Assembly (NCBI GenBank): GCA_021735655.1
Contig: JAIPGM010000008.1
Coordinates: forward strand, 1 to 64,000
Direction: 5' to 3'
DNA length: 64,000 nt
Origin: Candidatus Omnitrophota bacterium
Lineage (GTDB): Bacteria > Omnitrophota > Gorgyraeia > Duberdicusellales > 4484-171
Part shown: in pieces, positions 29,145 through 39,338 of the stretch
Layout: each line of letters begins with the position of its first letter
Position numbering within the stretch: position 1 is the stretch's first letter
The notes under the pieces: generated by a model
Database searches by the model: none
Told to the model about the DNA's origin: nothing
The model's input: only the letters and a program-made list of their open reading frames with translations
Position numbers and translations under genes: made by a program

Positions 29145-29591
29145 ATGAATGATTTTTGGGATGTAAATAAAATAAAGAAGGTTTTACCTAAAGACTATCC
29201 TTTTCTTTTTATCGATCGGGTAGTTGAGATTGATTTGGTTGAAAAAAGGATAAAAGGCCTAAAAAATATAACCGTTAATGAGCATTTCTTTTCAAACCAC
29301 TTTCCTGGTAAACCAATTATACCAGGGGCAATTCTGGTTGAGGCAGCCTATCAGGCGAGTATTATTCTTTGTGTTGCTCTTGGTGAGGATAGCCAGTTTA
29401 AGATCGATTACTGTTTAGATAAGGTAGAGGCCAGTTTTTTTAGTAAGGTTAGAGCCGGAGATCAACTTATTTTAGAGGCCAAAGCCGAGAAACTAACAGC
29501 TAAAACAGCAGCAGTCAGAGTGGTTGTTTCAGTAAGTGACAATAAGTGTGCCGAGTTAACTGTTTTTTTAAAGCTAAATAAAGGGGGCTAA
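29145..29591 (+). CDS. FabZ-like beta-hydroxyacyl-ACP dehydratase
   Basis: LPKDYPFLFIDRV...NEHFFSNHFPGKPIIPGAILVEA hotdog/FabZ signature. Confidence 0.8.
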   Translation: MNDFWDVNKIKKVLPKDYPFLFIDRVVEIDLVEKRIKGLKNITVNEHFFSNHFPGKPIIPGAILVEAAYQASIILCVALGEDSQFKIDYCLDKVEASFFSKVRAGDQLILEAKAEKLTAKTAAVRVVVSVSDNKCAELTVFLKLNKGG

Positions 29592-29592
29592 G

Positions 29593-29970
29593 ATGGTTAA
29601 AAGAATTTTAATTATTGAAGATGAACAGATAATAACTAAAAGTTTACAGCGTTTGCTAAAAAAAGAAGGTTATCAGGTAGAGATTTCTAATAACGGGGCA
29701 GATGCTCTTGAGAAAATAAAGGCTGGAGAGTTTAATTTAATAGTCAGCGACATTAGAATGCCAGATATGGATGGCATTGAGACAATTAAAGCTATTCGAA
29801 AGTCTCTCACCGAGCAGGGCAAGCCTTTGATTCCTGAGATATTAATTACCGGTTATGCTGATGAGTCTAAATATCAGGAAGCTTTGGAGCTAAAAGTTGC
29901 CGATTACCTCTATAAACCTTTTGACATTAAAGATTTCCTAGAGGCAGTTAGGAGAAATATCAATGCTTAA
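29593..29970 (+). CDS. Stand-alone CheY-like response regulator
   Basis: ILIIEDE, DIRMPDMDG, receiver fold, no output domain; overlaps fabG start. Confidence 0.8.
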   Translation: MVKRILIIEDEQIITKSLQRLLKKEGYQVEISNNGADALEKIKAGEFNLIVSDIRMPDMDGIETIKAIRKSLTEQGKPLIPEILITGYADESKYQEALELKVADYLYKPFDIKDFLEAVRRNINA

Positions 29971-30700
29971 AGGAAAAACTGCAATTATTAGCGGAGCCAG
30001 CCGTGGCATTGGCCGGGCTATTGCAATGAAATTAGCCACCGAAGGTGCAAATATATCTTTTAGTTATTTAAACAGCAAAGTTGCTGCTGATAAATTAGAA
30101 AATGAGATCAATTCGCTGGGTGTAAAAGCTAAGGGCTATCAATTAGATATAAAGGATTTTGACTCAGTAAGTAAGTGGGTCAGTGATACTAAGGAAAGTT
30201 TCGGTGGTTTAGACATCATAGTTAATAATGCCGGAATTATTATTGATAAAGCTCTGGCCTTGATGGAACACTCAGATTGGAAGAGTGTTTTAGATACTAA
30301 TTTAGGCGGTTTATTTAACTTAACCCGGGCAGCAATTATAACTTTAATAAAACAAAGGTCCGGTCAAATTATTAACATTACTTCGGTAACCGGAATGGTC
30401 GGGATGGCTCGTCAGACGAATTATGCGGCAACTAAGGCCGGAATCATCGGCTTTACCAAGTCTTTGGCCAGAGAAGTTGGTTCTTATAATATAAGAGTTA
30501 ATGCGATTGCTCCGGGCTTTATTGAAACTGATATGCTCAGCGGCCTAAAAGATAAATATCGAGAAGATGTCACTCAACAAATTCCTTTGCGGCGGTTTGG
30601 CAAGCCTGAAGAAGTCGCTGGTTTGGTAAGTTTTTTGGCTAGTGAAAAAGCAGACTATATTACCGGCCAGGTAATAGTTGTTGATGGCGGGATGACTTAA
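29963..30700 (+). CDS. fabG: 3-oxoacyl-ACP reductase (FabG-type SDR)
   Basis: TAIISGASRGIGRAIA, NNAG, YAATKAG (YxxxK) motifs. Confidence 0.85.
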   Translation: MLKGKTAIISGASRGIGRAIAMKLATEGANISFSYLNSKVAADKLENEINSLGVKAKGYQLDIKDFDSVSKWVSDTKESFGGLDIIVNNAGIIIDKALALMEHSDWKSVLDTNLGGLFNLTRAAIITLIKQRSGQIINITSVTGMVGMARQTNYAATKAGIIGFTKSLAREVGSYNIRVNAIAPGFIETDMLSGLKDKYREDVTQQIPLRRFGKPEEVAGLVSFLASEKADYITGQVIVVDGGMT

Positions 30701-30703
30701 TTT

Positions 30704-31936
30704 ATGGATAAAACTGTTGTTGTAACTGGAGTCGGCGTACTTTCTCCAAACGGGATTGGCAAAGCTGCTTTTTGGCAGGCCTTAAAAGATGGTAAGTCGG
30801 GAATTAAGCCGATTACTATTTTTAATCCTGGTTTTTTTAAGAGTAAACAAGCCGGAGAGATATCTGATTTTAAGGCTGAGGAGTTTTTAGGGACAAAAGG
30901 ACTTCAAAATACCGATCGAGCTACTAAATTAGTTTGTTCAGCCTCAAAGTTGGCCCTGGAGGATTCAGAGTTAAATATCACTGAGCGAAACACCGACAAT
31001 ATTGGAGTAGTTACCGGGACCACACTTTCATTATGGAATATTGCTGAATTGAGTCGGGAAATGGTTGAAGACGGCCCGCAATTTGTTACTGCCGGAATTT
31101 TTCCCGGAACTACCATAAATAGCGCATCGAGCCAGATATCAATTCGTCATAAGATTAAAGGTTTTAATACTACGATTTCAACCGGCTATACTGCGAGCCT
31201 AGATGCTCTTAAATATGCTACAAATTTCATTAAGCTTGGCCGAGCAAAGGCAGTTTTAGTCGCTGGAGTTGAAGGTTTAACTTTTGCCGGGTTTACTGGT
31301 TTTTATAAGATTGGTTTTTTAGCCGGCATAAAGGGGGAGGAAATATCCTGTCCTTTTGATAAAAGAAGGAATGGAATCGTTTTAGCTGAGGCAGCAGTAG
31401 TTTTAGTTGTTGAAGATGCTGAGCACGCTGAGGCCAGAGGAGCTAAGATTTATGCTGAGCTAGCTGCCATTGAGAATTCATTTGATGCTTTTCGGGCTGC
31501 TAAATATGAGCCTCAGGCTAGTGGTTTAAAAAGAACGATGCTTAAAGCTTTAAAGTCAGCTAAGCTGCATGGGGAAGATATTGATTATGTTTCTTCAGCG
31601 GCTAATTCAGTTCCTCAGCAGGATGCTTTAGAGACTATGGCAATAAAGGAAGTTTTTAATATTTATGCTGAGAAGACTCCGGTAAGCGCAATTAAGTCAA
31701 TGGTTGGTGAGTCGGTGAGTGCCGGAGGAATCATGCAACTGACAGCCGCTTTAGGTTCCCTTGAAGAAGGGTTTATCCCGCCGACAATAAATTATCGAGA
31801 AAAAGATCCTGAATGTGACCTTGACTACGTAGTTAATCAGGCTAGATCGCAAGAAGTAAACAATATATTAGTGAATAATTTTGGTCCTGGCGGCAATAAT
31901 GCCACGGTTGTCGTCAAAAAATACGGAGGTGTATAG
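30704..31936 (+). CDS. Ketosynthase-like protein lacking the catalytic Cys-His-His triad (chain-length-factor-like KS partner)
   Basis: Thiolase/KS fold throughout, but ISTGYTASL replaces the xTACSS Cys motif, SSAANSVPQ replaces HGTGT and KSMVGESVSAGG replaces GHxxGAAG. Confidence 0.7.
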   Translation: MDKTVVVTGVGVLSPNGIGKAAFWQALKDGKSGIKPITIFNPGFFKSKQAGEISDFKAEEFLGTKGLQNTDRATKLVCSASKLALEDSELNITERNTDNIGVVTGTTLSLWNIAELSREMVEDGPQFVTAGIFPGTTINSASSQISIRHKIKGFNTTISTGYTASLDALKYATNFIKLGRAKAVLVAGVEGLTFAGFTGFYKIGFLAGIKGEEISCPFDKRRNGIVLAEAAVVLVVEDAEHAEARGAKIYAELAAIENSFDAFRAAKYEPQASGLKRTMLKALKSAKLHGEDIDYVSSAANSVPQQDALETMAIKEVFNIYAEKTPVSAIKSMVGESVSAGGIMQLTAALGSLEEGFIPPTINYREKDPECDLDYVVNQARSQEVNNILVNNFGPGGNNATVVVKKYGGV

Positions 31937-32187
31937 TGGTACCCGAAGATTTAGGAAAACAAATTAAGGATATAGTCGCAAGAGTTATTGAAATTGAGCT
32001 TGATCAGGTTACTCCCGATGCTGACTTTATTAATGATTTGGGAGTAGATTCTTTGAAGGCAATTGAGATTACCGGAGCCATTGAGAAAGCCTTTCGGGTA
32101 GTTGTGCCGGAAGAAAAGATTCGTGATATTCGCACCCTTAACCAGGCGATCAGTTTAACTCAGCAGCTGCTCCAAGCAAAAGGATAA
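31936..32187 (+). CDS. Acyl carrier protein
   Basis: 83 aa, DLGVDSL phosphopantetheine-attachment motif. Confidence 0.75.
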   Translation: MVPEDLGKQIKDIVARVIEIELDQVTPDADFINDLGVDSLKAIEITGAIEKAFRVVVPEEKIRDIRTLNQAISLTQQLLQAKG

Positions 32188-32189
32188 GA

Positions 32190-32639
32190 TTGAAAATGAC
32201 TTGGGATAAAGAAAAAGTAAAGTCTATTCTGCCGCAAAGAGAACCTTTTTTATTTATTGATGAGGTAATTGAGGTAGATGAAGGTAAAAGAATAGTTGCT
32301 AAGAAGTATCTTGATCCTAAAGCTGATTTTTTCAAGGGGCATTTTCCCGGTAATCCGGTTATGCCTGGGGTTTTAACTATTGAAGCTATGGCTCAGGCGG
32401 CAATATTAGTTTATTCAACCGCAAAACCAGAAATAGCCAAGAAGAGGCCAGATTATTATTTTGGTAGCGTTAAGGCAAAGTTTAAATTGCCAGTTTTTCC
32501 TAATGAAACATTAATTTTAGAGGCCGAAATTATTAAAGTTACTGATTTTGGCGGAGTAGTAGATACAATTGCCAGAGTAAAAGATAAAGTAGTAGCTCAA
32601 GCAAGCAGTACTTTTGGGGTGAAGTTGAGAGATGAATAA
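32190..32639 (+). CDS. FabZ-like beta-hydroxyacyl-ACP dehydratase (second copy)
   Basis: LPQREPFLFIDEV...FFKGHFPGNPVMPGVLTIEAMAQ. Confidence 0.8.
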   Translation: MKMTWDKEKVKSILPQREPFLFIDEVIEVDEGKRIVAKKYLDPKADFFKGHFPGNPVMPGVLTIEAMAQAAILVYSTAKPEIAKKRPDYYFGSVKAKFKLPVFPNETLILEAEIIKVTDFGGVVDTIARVKDKVVAQASSTFGVKLRDE

Positions 32640-33852
32640 CGATAGACGAGTAGTGGTAACTGGTATTGGGGTAATCTCAGCAGTTGGTAATGGCAAAGAG
32701 ACTTTCTGGAAAGCAATCAAGGAGGGAAAGTCCGGAATAAGCGAAATTACTTCAATGGATACTTCAGTTTATAAGTGCCACTTAGGTGGTGAGGTGAAGG
32801 ATTTTAATCCTGAAGAGTTTATTCCTAAGCGGAGAATAAAATTTCTTGGGAGATCTTCTCAACTAGCCATAGCTGCATCAAGTCTCGCTTTAAAAGATGC
32901 TAAGCTTGACTATAAAAGCACTGAAAGAAAGGAAATGGGGGTTATTGTTGGGACAACTACTGGCGAACGACCCTTGGAGGAGCTTTTAGCCTCTTGGGCT
33001 AAGGGTGGCTTTAAAGATGTTGACCGGGCAAAAGTATTTCAAGCCACAGTGAATAATATTTCGGCTAATGTTGGAATAGAGTTTAAGGCTCGAGGGGTAA
33101 ATTATCTTATTCCTACGGCTTGCGCTGCCGGAAATTACGCAATCGGTTGTGGATTTGATTTAATTAGAAGTGGGGATTTAAACTTTGCTTTAGTTGGCGG
33201 AGCCGATGCTTTTTCTAAATTTGCTTTTACCGGGTTTCAAAGGATTTATGCTATGAGCCCTGACTTTATGCGTCCTTTTGATAAAAATAGAAGAGGGATG
33301 ATGCAGGGGGAAGGTTCGGGAATGCTTCTCCTAGAGTCTTACAAATCAGCTAAGAAAAGAGGTGCTGATATCTATGCTGAGGTTTTAGGCTATGGCTTAT
33401 CTTGTGATGCTTATCATGCGACAGCACCTGATCCAAAAGGAATAGCTAAAGTTATGGAGAAGGCCTTAGCTGAGACCGGCCTAACCTATAAAGATGTAGA
33501 TTATATTTGTGCTCATGGAACCGGAACCGGTCCAAATGATAAGGCCGAGTGCATAGGTATTAAGGCGGTTTTTAAAGAACGCTCTAAAGAGATTATGGTT
33601 AGTTCAATAAAATCTATGCTTGGTCATGCTATGGGGGCAGCTTCGGCAATTGAAGCAGCTGCTTGTTGCCTAGCGGTCAAAGATGATATCGCGCCGCCAA
33701 CCATAAACTATGAGACCCCTGATCCTGATTGTGACATAGATTGTGTCCCGAATAAAGCCAGAAAGGCAAAGATTAATGTAGCCCTTAATAATGGTTTTGC
33801 TTTTGGCGGTAACAATGCCTGCGTGGTTATTAAAAAAATAGAAGATGCCTAA
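32632..33852 (+). CDS. Beta-ketoacyl-ACP synthase II-type (FabF-like), catalytically intact
   Basis: PTACAAGNYAIG (Cys), CAHGTGTGPND (His), KSMLGHAMGAAS (His), C-terminal NGFAFGGNNA. Confidence 0.85.
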   Translation: MNNDRRVVVTGIGVISAVGNGKETFWKAIKEGKSGISEITSMDTSVYKCHLGGEVKDFNPEEFIPKRRIKFLGRSSQLAIAASSLALKDAKLDYKSTERKEMGVIVGTTTGERPLEELLASWAKGGFKDVDRAKVFQATVNNISANVGIEFKARGVNYLIPTACAAGNYAIGCGFDLIRSGDLNFALVGGADAFSKFAFTGFQRIYAMSPDFMRPFDKNRRGMMQGEGSGMLLLESYKSAKKRGADIYAEVLGYGLSCDAYHATAPDPKGIAKVMEKALAETGLTYKDVDYICAHGTGTGPNDKAECIGIKAVFKERSKEIMVSSIKSMLGHAMGAASAIEAAACCLAVKDDIAPPTINYETPDPDCDIDCVPNKARKAKINVALNNGFAFGGNNACVVIKKIEDA

Positions 33853-35326
33853 TAAATATGACGTTATAGTTATTGGCGCTGGGATCGGCGGATTAACTGC
33901 TGCTGCCATACTAGCCAGAAATGGCAAAAAGGTGTTGGTTTTGGAGAAGAATCCTATAGCCGGAGGTTATGCGGTTAATTTTAAGAGGGGTGAGTTTGAG
34001 TTTGATGCTTCTTTACATTTGCTAAACGGGTTTTTTCCTGGAAAACCAACTTATCACTTTTTGCAATTAGCCGGAATTGATAATAAAGTAACTTTTTTAA
34101 AACCCGAATATCTTTATCGTTCAGTTTTTCCGGATTACGATATCAGAGTGCCACAATGTGACCCTAAAGCCTATATTAATATTTTAGCTAAATATTTTCC
34201 TAAAGATAAGCCCAAGCTTGAAGAATTATTTAGTTTGATGTATCGTATATTTTGTCGAATTCAAGATATCGAAGGTGACAAAATATCACCGGCTGAGTTA
34301 ACTGGTTATATCGGTAAGACCCATCAAGATGTTTTAGATGAATTCAAAATTAGTAATCAGCTGGCCGCTTTAATATCACAAGTTTGGCCTTTTATTGGTA
34401 CCCCGCCGTCTCAGCTTCCTTTTTTAGTTTTTTTGTCATCTTTCAGTGATTTTATTTACAATGGTGGATATTATCCGAAAGGCGGCGGCCAAGCAATTTC
34501 AGATGCTTTGGTTGATGTAATTTGTGAGAACCAAGGAGAAGTTATTTTCAAAGAAAAGGTTAGCAAAATTCTTATCGAAGGTAATTCAGCGTATGGTTTA
34601 GTGGACCAATTCGGTAATGAGTTTTTTGCCAAAGAAATAATTTCAAACATTGATGCTAATTTTCTTTTCGGTGAGTTGATTGAAAATAAATATTTGCCTA
34701 GTGATTTTTTAGATAAAGTTTCTCGTTTTAAGCCATCAATTTCGGCTTTCCAGGTTTACTTAGGTTTAGATATCGAAGCAGGCAAACTCGCTATAAACGA
34801 CTATACTATATTTTCTAATCCTGACTATGACTTATCTAAACAATATCAAGAATCTTTGGTTAATAATGTTGAGGTGGTTCCTATAGAAATAAGTTTTCAT
34901 AACTCTCTGTTTGATTCTGGCTTTCCTAAATCAAGCACTTTGAGTATAGTTTCTTTGGCCGGCTATGATTTTTGGCAAAATCTATCAAAACAAGAATATG
35001 CGGTAAAAAAGAAAAAATTGGCCGATATTTTAATTAAGCGAGCTGAAGACTTTATTCCTGGTTTATCGGGAAGGATTAAATTGATTAATATAGCTACGCC
35101 AATTACTATGGAGCGTTATACCGGGAATTCAGCTGGTGCTATTTATGGTTGGAGCCAAACTATGGATCAATATGGTTCAAAGAGGATGCGGCAGAATACA
35201 CCAATTGATAATCTTTTTCTTGTTGGAGCCTGGACTAGACCAGCAGGAGGAGTTTCTGGGGCAATGCAATCCGGAGCAATGGTATCGAAAAAAATCCTAA
35301 TTAATGCAGCTAATGTCAAAAAATAA
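33845..35326 (+). CDS. FAD/NAD(P)-dependent oxidoreductase of the phytoene-desaturase (CrtI/amine-oxidase) family
   Basis: YDVIVIGAGIGGLTAAAILARNGKKVLVLEKN dinucleotide-binding motif, GGYA, C-terminal GAWTRPAGGVSGA. Confidence 0.7.
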   Translation: MPNKYDVIVIGAGIGGLTAAAILARNGKKVLVLEKNPIAGGYAVNFKRGEFEFDASLHLLNGFFPGKPTYHFLQLAGIDNKVTFLKPEYLYRSVFPDYDIRVPQCDPKAYINILAKYFPKDKPKLEELFSLMYRIFCRIQDIEGDKISPAELTGYIGKTHQDVLDEFKISNQLAALISQVWPFIGTPPSQLPFLVFLSSFSDFIYNGGYYPKGGGQAISDALVDVICENQGEVIFKEKVSKILIEGNSAYGLVDQFGNEFFAKEIISNIDANFLFGELIENKYLPSDFLDKVSRFKPSISAFQVYLGLDIEAGKLAINDYTIFSNPDYDLSKQYQESLVNNVEVVPIEISFHNSLFDSGFPKSSTLSIVSLAGYDFWQNLSKQEYAVKKKKLADILIKRAEDFIPGLSGRIKLINIATPITMERYTGNSAGAIYGWSQTMDQYGSKRMRQNTPIDNLFLVGAWTRPAGGVSGAMQSGAMVSKKILINAANVKK

Positions 35327-36623
35327 AAGAATTGTTGTTACTGGATTGGGTCCTTTGTCAGCCATTGGTATGGGCAAGGAGGCTTTATGGAAGTCTGTTT
35401 TAGCAGAAAAGACGGGATTGACTTTAGAAAAATACAGTATCAATGGTCAGGAATTGGGTGACTATTATGCCCATCGGATCAAAGATTTTGATATTAACGA
35501 TTTTAATATTGATAAAAATATTTTGGAAGATATTAAGGCTTGGAAAGAGCAAGCTAATCCCATCGATCTTTTTTATCTTTTGGCTGTAGTTAAGTTAGCT
35601 CTGAGTGATTCCAAAATAAACTATACTAATAGAGCTGAAACAGAAAGATTAGGGTTGATAGTAACGCATGAGAATCCTGGCCTAGACCAATTCTATGAAG
35701 AAGTCATAAACGAGTCTTATGATTTTCTAGTAAAGGGTAATAATAGTGTAATTTCTCGGAAGGATTATTTTCAAGAATTTTATCGAAAATTCGCCAAACG
35801 CGGTTACGAACTCCAGACTTTTATGCCGCTTTTTCATTTAGCTAAAGTTTTTAATATCCATAATTACTCTATATTCTTATGCAATGCTTGTGCTTCGGGT
35901 TTATTTGCCGTCGAGGCAGCCGCTGATATTATTAAAAGTGGTAAATGTAACACAGTTGTGGTTGCCGGGTCAGATTGTACCAGTATTTTTAAATATCTTT
36001 GGTTCAAAGGATTAGATATGTATGCTGAAGATGGTAAGATAAAGCCCTTTGCTAAAAATAGGAATGGTTTTGTTACTGGCGATGGTGGAGCTGGCATCGT
36101 ATTAGAAGATTTATATAGCGCGTTAGAAAGAGGCGCTCATATTTATGCTGAATATTTAGGAGGAGGATTTCATTTAGAGGGTTGGAAAGTTGCTATGCCG
36201 GAGATAAACGGTGATTCATACAAAAAAGCTATCATGCAATCTTTGCAAAGAAGTGATGTTCCAAAAGAGGCAATCGATTTACTTGTACCTCATGGCGTGG
36301 GAACTACGGCTGCCGATTATTATGAGGCAAAGGCTATTACGAGTATATTTGGTAAAAATTGTAAAAAACCTTTAATGGCAGCTTTGAAGCCTTATATCGG
36401 CCATAATTTGGGAAGCACAGCCCTATTGGAATTAGCAATTTCAATATTAGCTTTAGAGAATAATTATTTACCAAAAACACTCAATCTTACCGAAGTTGAT
36501 CCAAAATTAGGAGTTAATTTAGTGACTACTTCTAAAGCTTATGATATGCGAACATTGATGAAGACAGCTTGTGGATTTGCCGGTTACAATGGTTCAGTTA
36601 TTCTAAAAAAATATACTAAATGA
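35304..36623 (+). CDS. Third ketosynthase (divergent KS with intact Cys/His/His)
   Basis: CNACASGLFAV, VPHGVGTTAAD, YIGHNLGSTA motifs; longer N-terminal region than FabF. Confidence 0.7.
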   Translation: MQLMSKNKRIVVTGLGPLSAIGMGKEALWKSVLAEKTGLTLEKYSINGQELGDYYAHRIKDFDINDFNIDKNILEDIKAWKEQANPIDLFYLLAVVKLALSDSKINYTNRAETERLGLIVTHENPGLDQFYEEVINESYDFLVKGNNSVISRKDYFQEFYRKFAKRGYELQTFMPLFHLAKVFNIHNYSIFLCNACASGLFAVEAAADIIKSGKCNTVVVAGSDCTSIFKYLWFKGLDMYAEDGKIKPFAKNRNGFVTGDGGAGIVLEDLYSALERGAHIYAEYLGGGFHLEGWKVAMPEINGDSYKKAIMQSLQRSDVPKEAIDLLVPHGVGTTAADYYEAKAITSIFGKNCKKPLMAALKPYIGHNLGSTALLELAISILALENNYLPKTLNLTEVDPKLGVNLVTTSKAYDMRTLMKTACGFAGYNGSVILKKYTK

Positions 36624-38812
36624 TAGTTTTTAATCTTTTTACAATTTCAGGCTTACTAACTGGAATTACTTGCTCTTTCTTGGCGGTTATTTTACTTATT
36701 TTTGGTCGGGTAAAAGAAGTTAAGCTGACTCGTTTATGGATGATTTTCAACACTGTTGTTGCTCTTTGGGATTTTAGTTTATTTTTTATTGGTCAAGCGA
36801 CAAATAGTTTAGTTGCTTTTGATCGGTGGAGGCTAGCTCATGTACCGGGCTTACTTATAGCCCCGCTTTTTTTACATGTTATTTATGTGTTTTGTGGTAT
36901 TCAGCGACGTAAGTTTTTGGTTTTTTCCTATTTAGCCGCATTAACCTATATAGTTTTAGACTCTTTTAATTTATTAAGCTATACGACCCAATTAATTTTT
37001 GGGGCGTTTTACTATATTAAACCGATTGGTCCGCAATACACTGCATTTGCTACTCTTTGGCTTTATATCATTGCACACTCTTTGTTTGTTTTGTTTCGTT
37101 TCTATAGAACTGCTTCTGGCCATAAGAAAAACCAAGCTTTATATTTTTTAATTGTAATGCTAGTTGGATTTAGCGGGGGATCAACCCATTTTATTACCGC
37201 AATCGCTTTTTCTAAAGGTATTCAAATATATCCTTTTGGGCAATTAGGTGTAGCTTTGTATTGTATAGTAGCTACTTACGCTATCCTTAAATACCGCCTT
37301 ATGGATGTTAGAATATTTGTTTCCCGGGCCGCGGCTTTTCTCATTAGTTATCCTTTCTTTTTGAGTATTCCTTTTATTTTTGCTTATAGGACGCAAGTAG
37401 AGCTTCATTCTTTGATGGGTGCTAATTGGTGGCTTGTGCCGGCTGGTTTAATTATCTTTTTTTCCAGTTTATCACCGATAGCCTATAGCCAATTAAAAAT
37501 TAGGATGGAGGAAAAGCTTCTGGCGGATCAGAAGCGTTACCAAAAATTACTACTTCAGGCAGCAAGTGGTATGGCTACTGAGCATAATTTGAATAAACTT
37601 TCAAAACTCATTGTTTATATTGTTAAGCGGGCGGTAAAGGTAGAATTTGCGACTATTTTTATCGATGATAAAAATGATGGGGTTTACCGGATGAAAGCTT
37701 TTCGGGATACACAACGGGAAGCGCCATTTGCAAATGTGACCTTTCTTTATGAGCACTCTTTTATTAGATATCTAGCTAAGCATAGCGAACCTTGCATTTA
37801 TGAAGAGTTACCAGAAGAGATTAGGGCTTCTTTGGGGGCATTTTCTAGCGCAGCTTTAGTTATACCTTCAGCTGTTCAAGATGAGCTTTTAGGTTTTGTT
37901 ATTCTAGGGGCAAAGCTTAATAAACAACCCTATAGTGATGACGATGTAAATGTTTTTAAGATTCTTTCGCATCAAGCAGCCTTGGCTATTGAGAATAGTT
38001 TATTTCTAGAGGAAACTAAACAGGCACAGGAGAAGATATTTGCTGCCGAGAAGCTAGCTTCAATCGGTGGCATGGCTGACGGAGTGGCCCATCAGATTAA
38101 AAATCGTCTTAATCAATTTTCAGTAGCTAGTGGTGAGTTAAAGTATGAAATAAAAGATTATTTAGCCAAGCATCCGGCGATTACTAAAAATAATAAGGAT
38201 TTGAAGAAAACCCTTAAATATCTTACTGAAATAGCCGACTCTCTCATAAATAATGTAAAGCGTACTGATGGGATAGTTAAGGGAATCCTTAACTTTGCCC
38301 GAGTGGAAGAGACCAGCACTTTTTTCTCTCAGTTTTCTTTAAAAGAGGTAATTGATTTGTCTGCCGAACTATTAAAGATAAAACATGAGATTTTCGAAGC
38401 TCCTTTGGATATTAAGCTAGGTTCTTCAGATACTGTTTATGGTATAAAATCTCAAATTACCGAGGCGGTTTATAACTTATTAGATAATGCTTATGAAGCT
38501 ACTCAGGAGAAGAGAGCTCTCATGACCAAAGAAGGTAGGGATGGTTTTAATCCTCTAATTAAGATTAAGTTAACTCATAAGGCAGGCGTAAATTTGCTTG
38601 AAATTTCCGACAATGGTATTGGGATGAGAGATGAAGATAAAGCGAAAGTGTTTGCACCCTTTTTTACTACCAAATCGTCTTATAAATCAGGAACTGGAAT
38701 CGGGGTGTATGTTGTTAAGCGTATGATTGAAGAGAATCATAAGGGCAAGGTTCACTTTAGTTCCACTTACATGGAGGGAACTAAATTTTTTGTAGAATTG
38801 CCAAAAAAATGA
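36620..38812 (+). CDS. Multi-TM sensor histidine kinase (paralog of 26960..29083)
   Basis: Polytopic N-terminus, GAF-like middle, H-box GVAHQIKNRL, HATPase_c G-boxes (DNGIGM, GTGIGV). Confidence 0.8.
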   Translation: MIVFNLFTISGLLTGITCSFLAVILLIFGRVKEVKLTRLWMIFNTVVALWDFSLFFIGQATNSLVAFDRWRLAHVPGLLIAPLFLHVIYVFCGIQRRKFLVFSYLAALTYIVLDSFNLLSYTTQLIFGAFYYIKPIGPQYTAFATLWLYIIAHSLFVLFRFYRTASGHKKNQALYFLIVMLVGFSGGSTHFITAIAFSKGIQIYPFGQLGVALYCIVATYAILKYRLMDVRIFVSRAAAFLISYPFFLSIPFIFAYRTQVELHSLMGANWWLVPAGLIIFFSSLSPIAYSQLKIRMEEKLLADQKRYQKLLLQAASGMATEHNLNKLSKLIVYIVKRAVKVEFATIFIDDKNDGVYRMKAFRDTQREAPFANVTFLYEHSFIRYLAKHSEPCIYEELPEEIRASLGAFSSAALVIPSAVQDELLGFVILGAKLNKQPYSDDDVNVFKILSHQAALAIENSLFLEETKQAQEKIFAAEKLASIGGMADGVAHQIKNRLNQFSVASGELKYEIKDYLAKHPAITKNNKDLKKTLKYLTEIADSLINNVKRTDGIVKGILNFARVEETSTFFSQFSLKEVIDLSAELLKIKHEIFEAPLDIKLGSSDTVYGIKSQITEAVYNLLDNAYEATQEKRALMTKEGRDGFNPLIKIKLTHKAGVNLLEISDNGIGMRDEDKAKVFAPFFTTKSSYKSGTGIGVYVVKRMIEENHKGKVHFSSTYMEGTKFFVELPKK

Positions 38813-38949
38813 TAAGATAAATGGTATATCCCTCGCGCCTAAATATTCGAAAAATTTCTACGATATTTTTCGAAGGCGCTTCGGGATCAATTCTAATGAG
38901 ACTGTAATTTTTCTCAATCAATGAGAAAAATTACATAGTCGAATTATCA

Positions 38950-39327
38950 TTGAGGAGGTACAATATGAATAAAGTTTTAATAGTTGATGATGAAGTCGAA
39001 ATTACCGAGTTTCTATGCAATTTTTTGAATCGTTTTGATATAGTTAATGAAAGAGCTTCTGATGCCAAAACTGCTTTAGATAAGTTTAACAAATTAAAGC
39101 CTAACTGGGTTTTATTGGACATAAAGATGCCGGGCATGGATGGGTTTGAGTTGTTGGCAGAGTTTAAAAAAATAAACTCAAACATAAAGGCAATGATGAT
39201 TACTGGAAAAGATGACAAGGAATCGCAAGATCGCGCTAAAAAGTTAGGAGCCCTAGATTACATTTTTAAGCCTTTGGATTTAGATGAATTACATCAGAAA
39301 ATTAAAACTCATATTCTTAAAAAATAA
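38950..39327 (+). CDS. Stand-alone CheY-like response regulator
   Basis: VLIVDDE, LLDIKMPGMDG, receiver domain only. Confidence 0.8.
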   Translation: MRRYNMNKVLIVDDEVEITEFLCNFLNRFDIVNERASDAKTALDKFNKLKPNWVLLDIKMPGMDGFELLAEFKKINSNIKAMMITGKDDKESQDRAKKLGALDYIFKPLDLDELHQKIKTHILKK

Positions 39328-39338
39328 TTTAGAATAAG

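Noticed and set aside
38931-39218. 95-aa - strand ORF opposite the response-regulator gene
   Set aside because: It is antisense to a receiver domain with clear motifs. Skipped.
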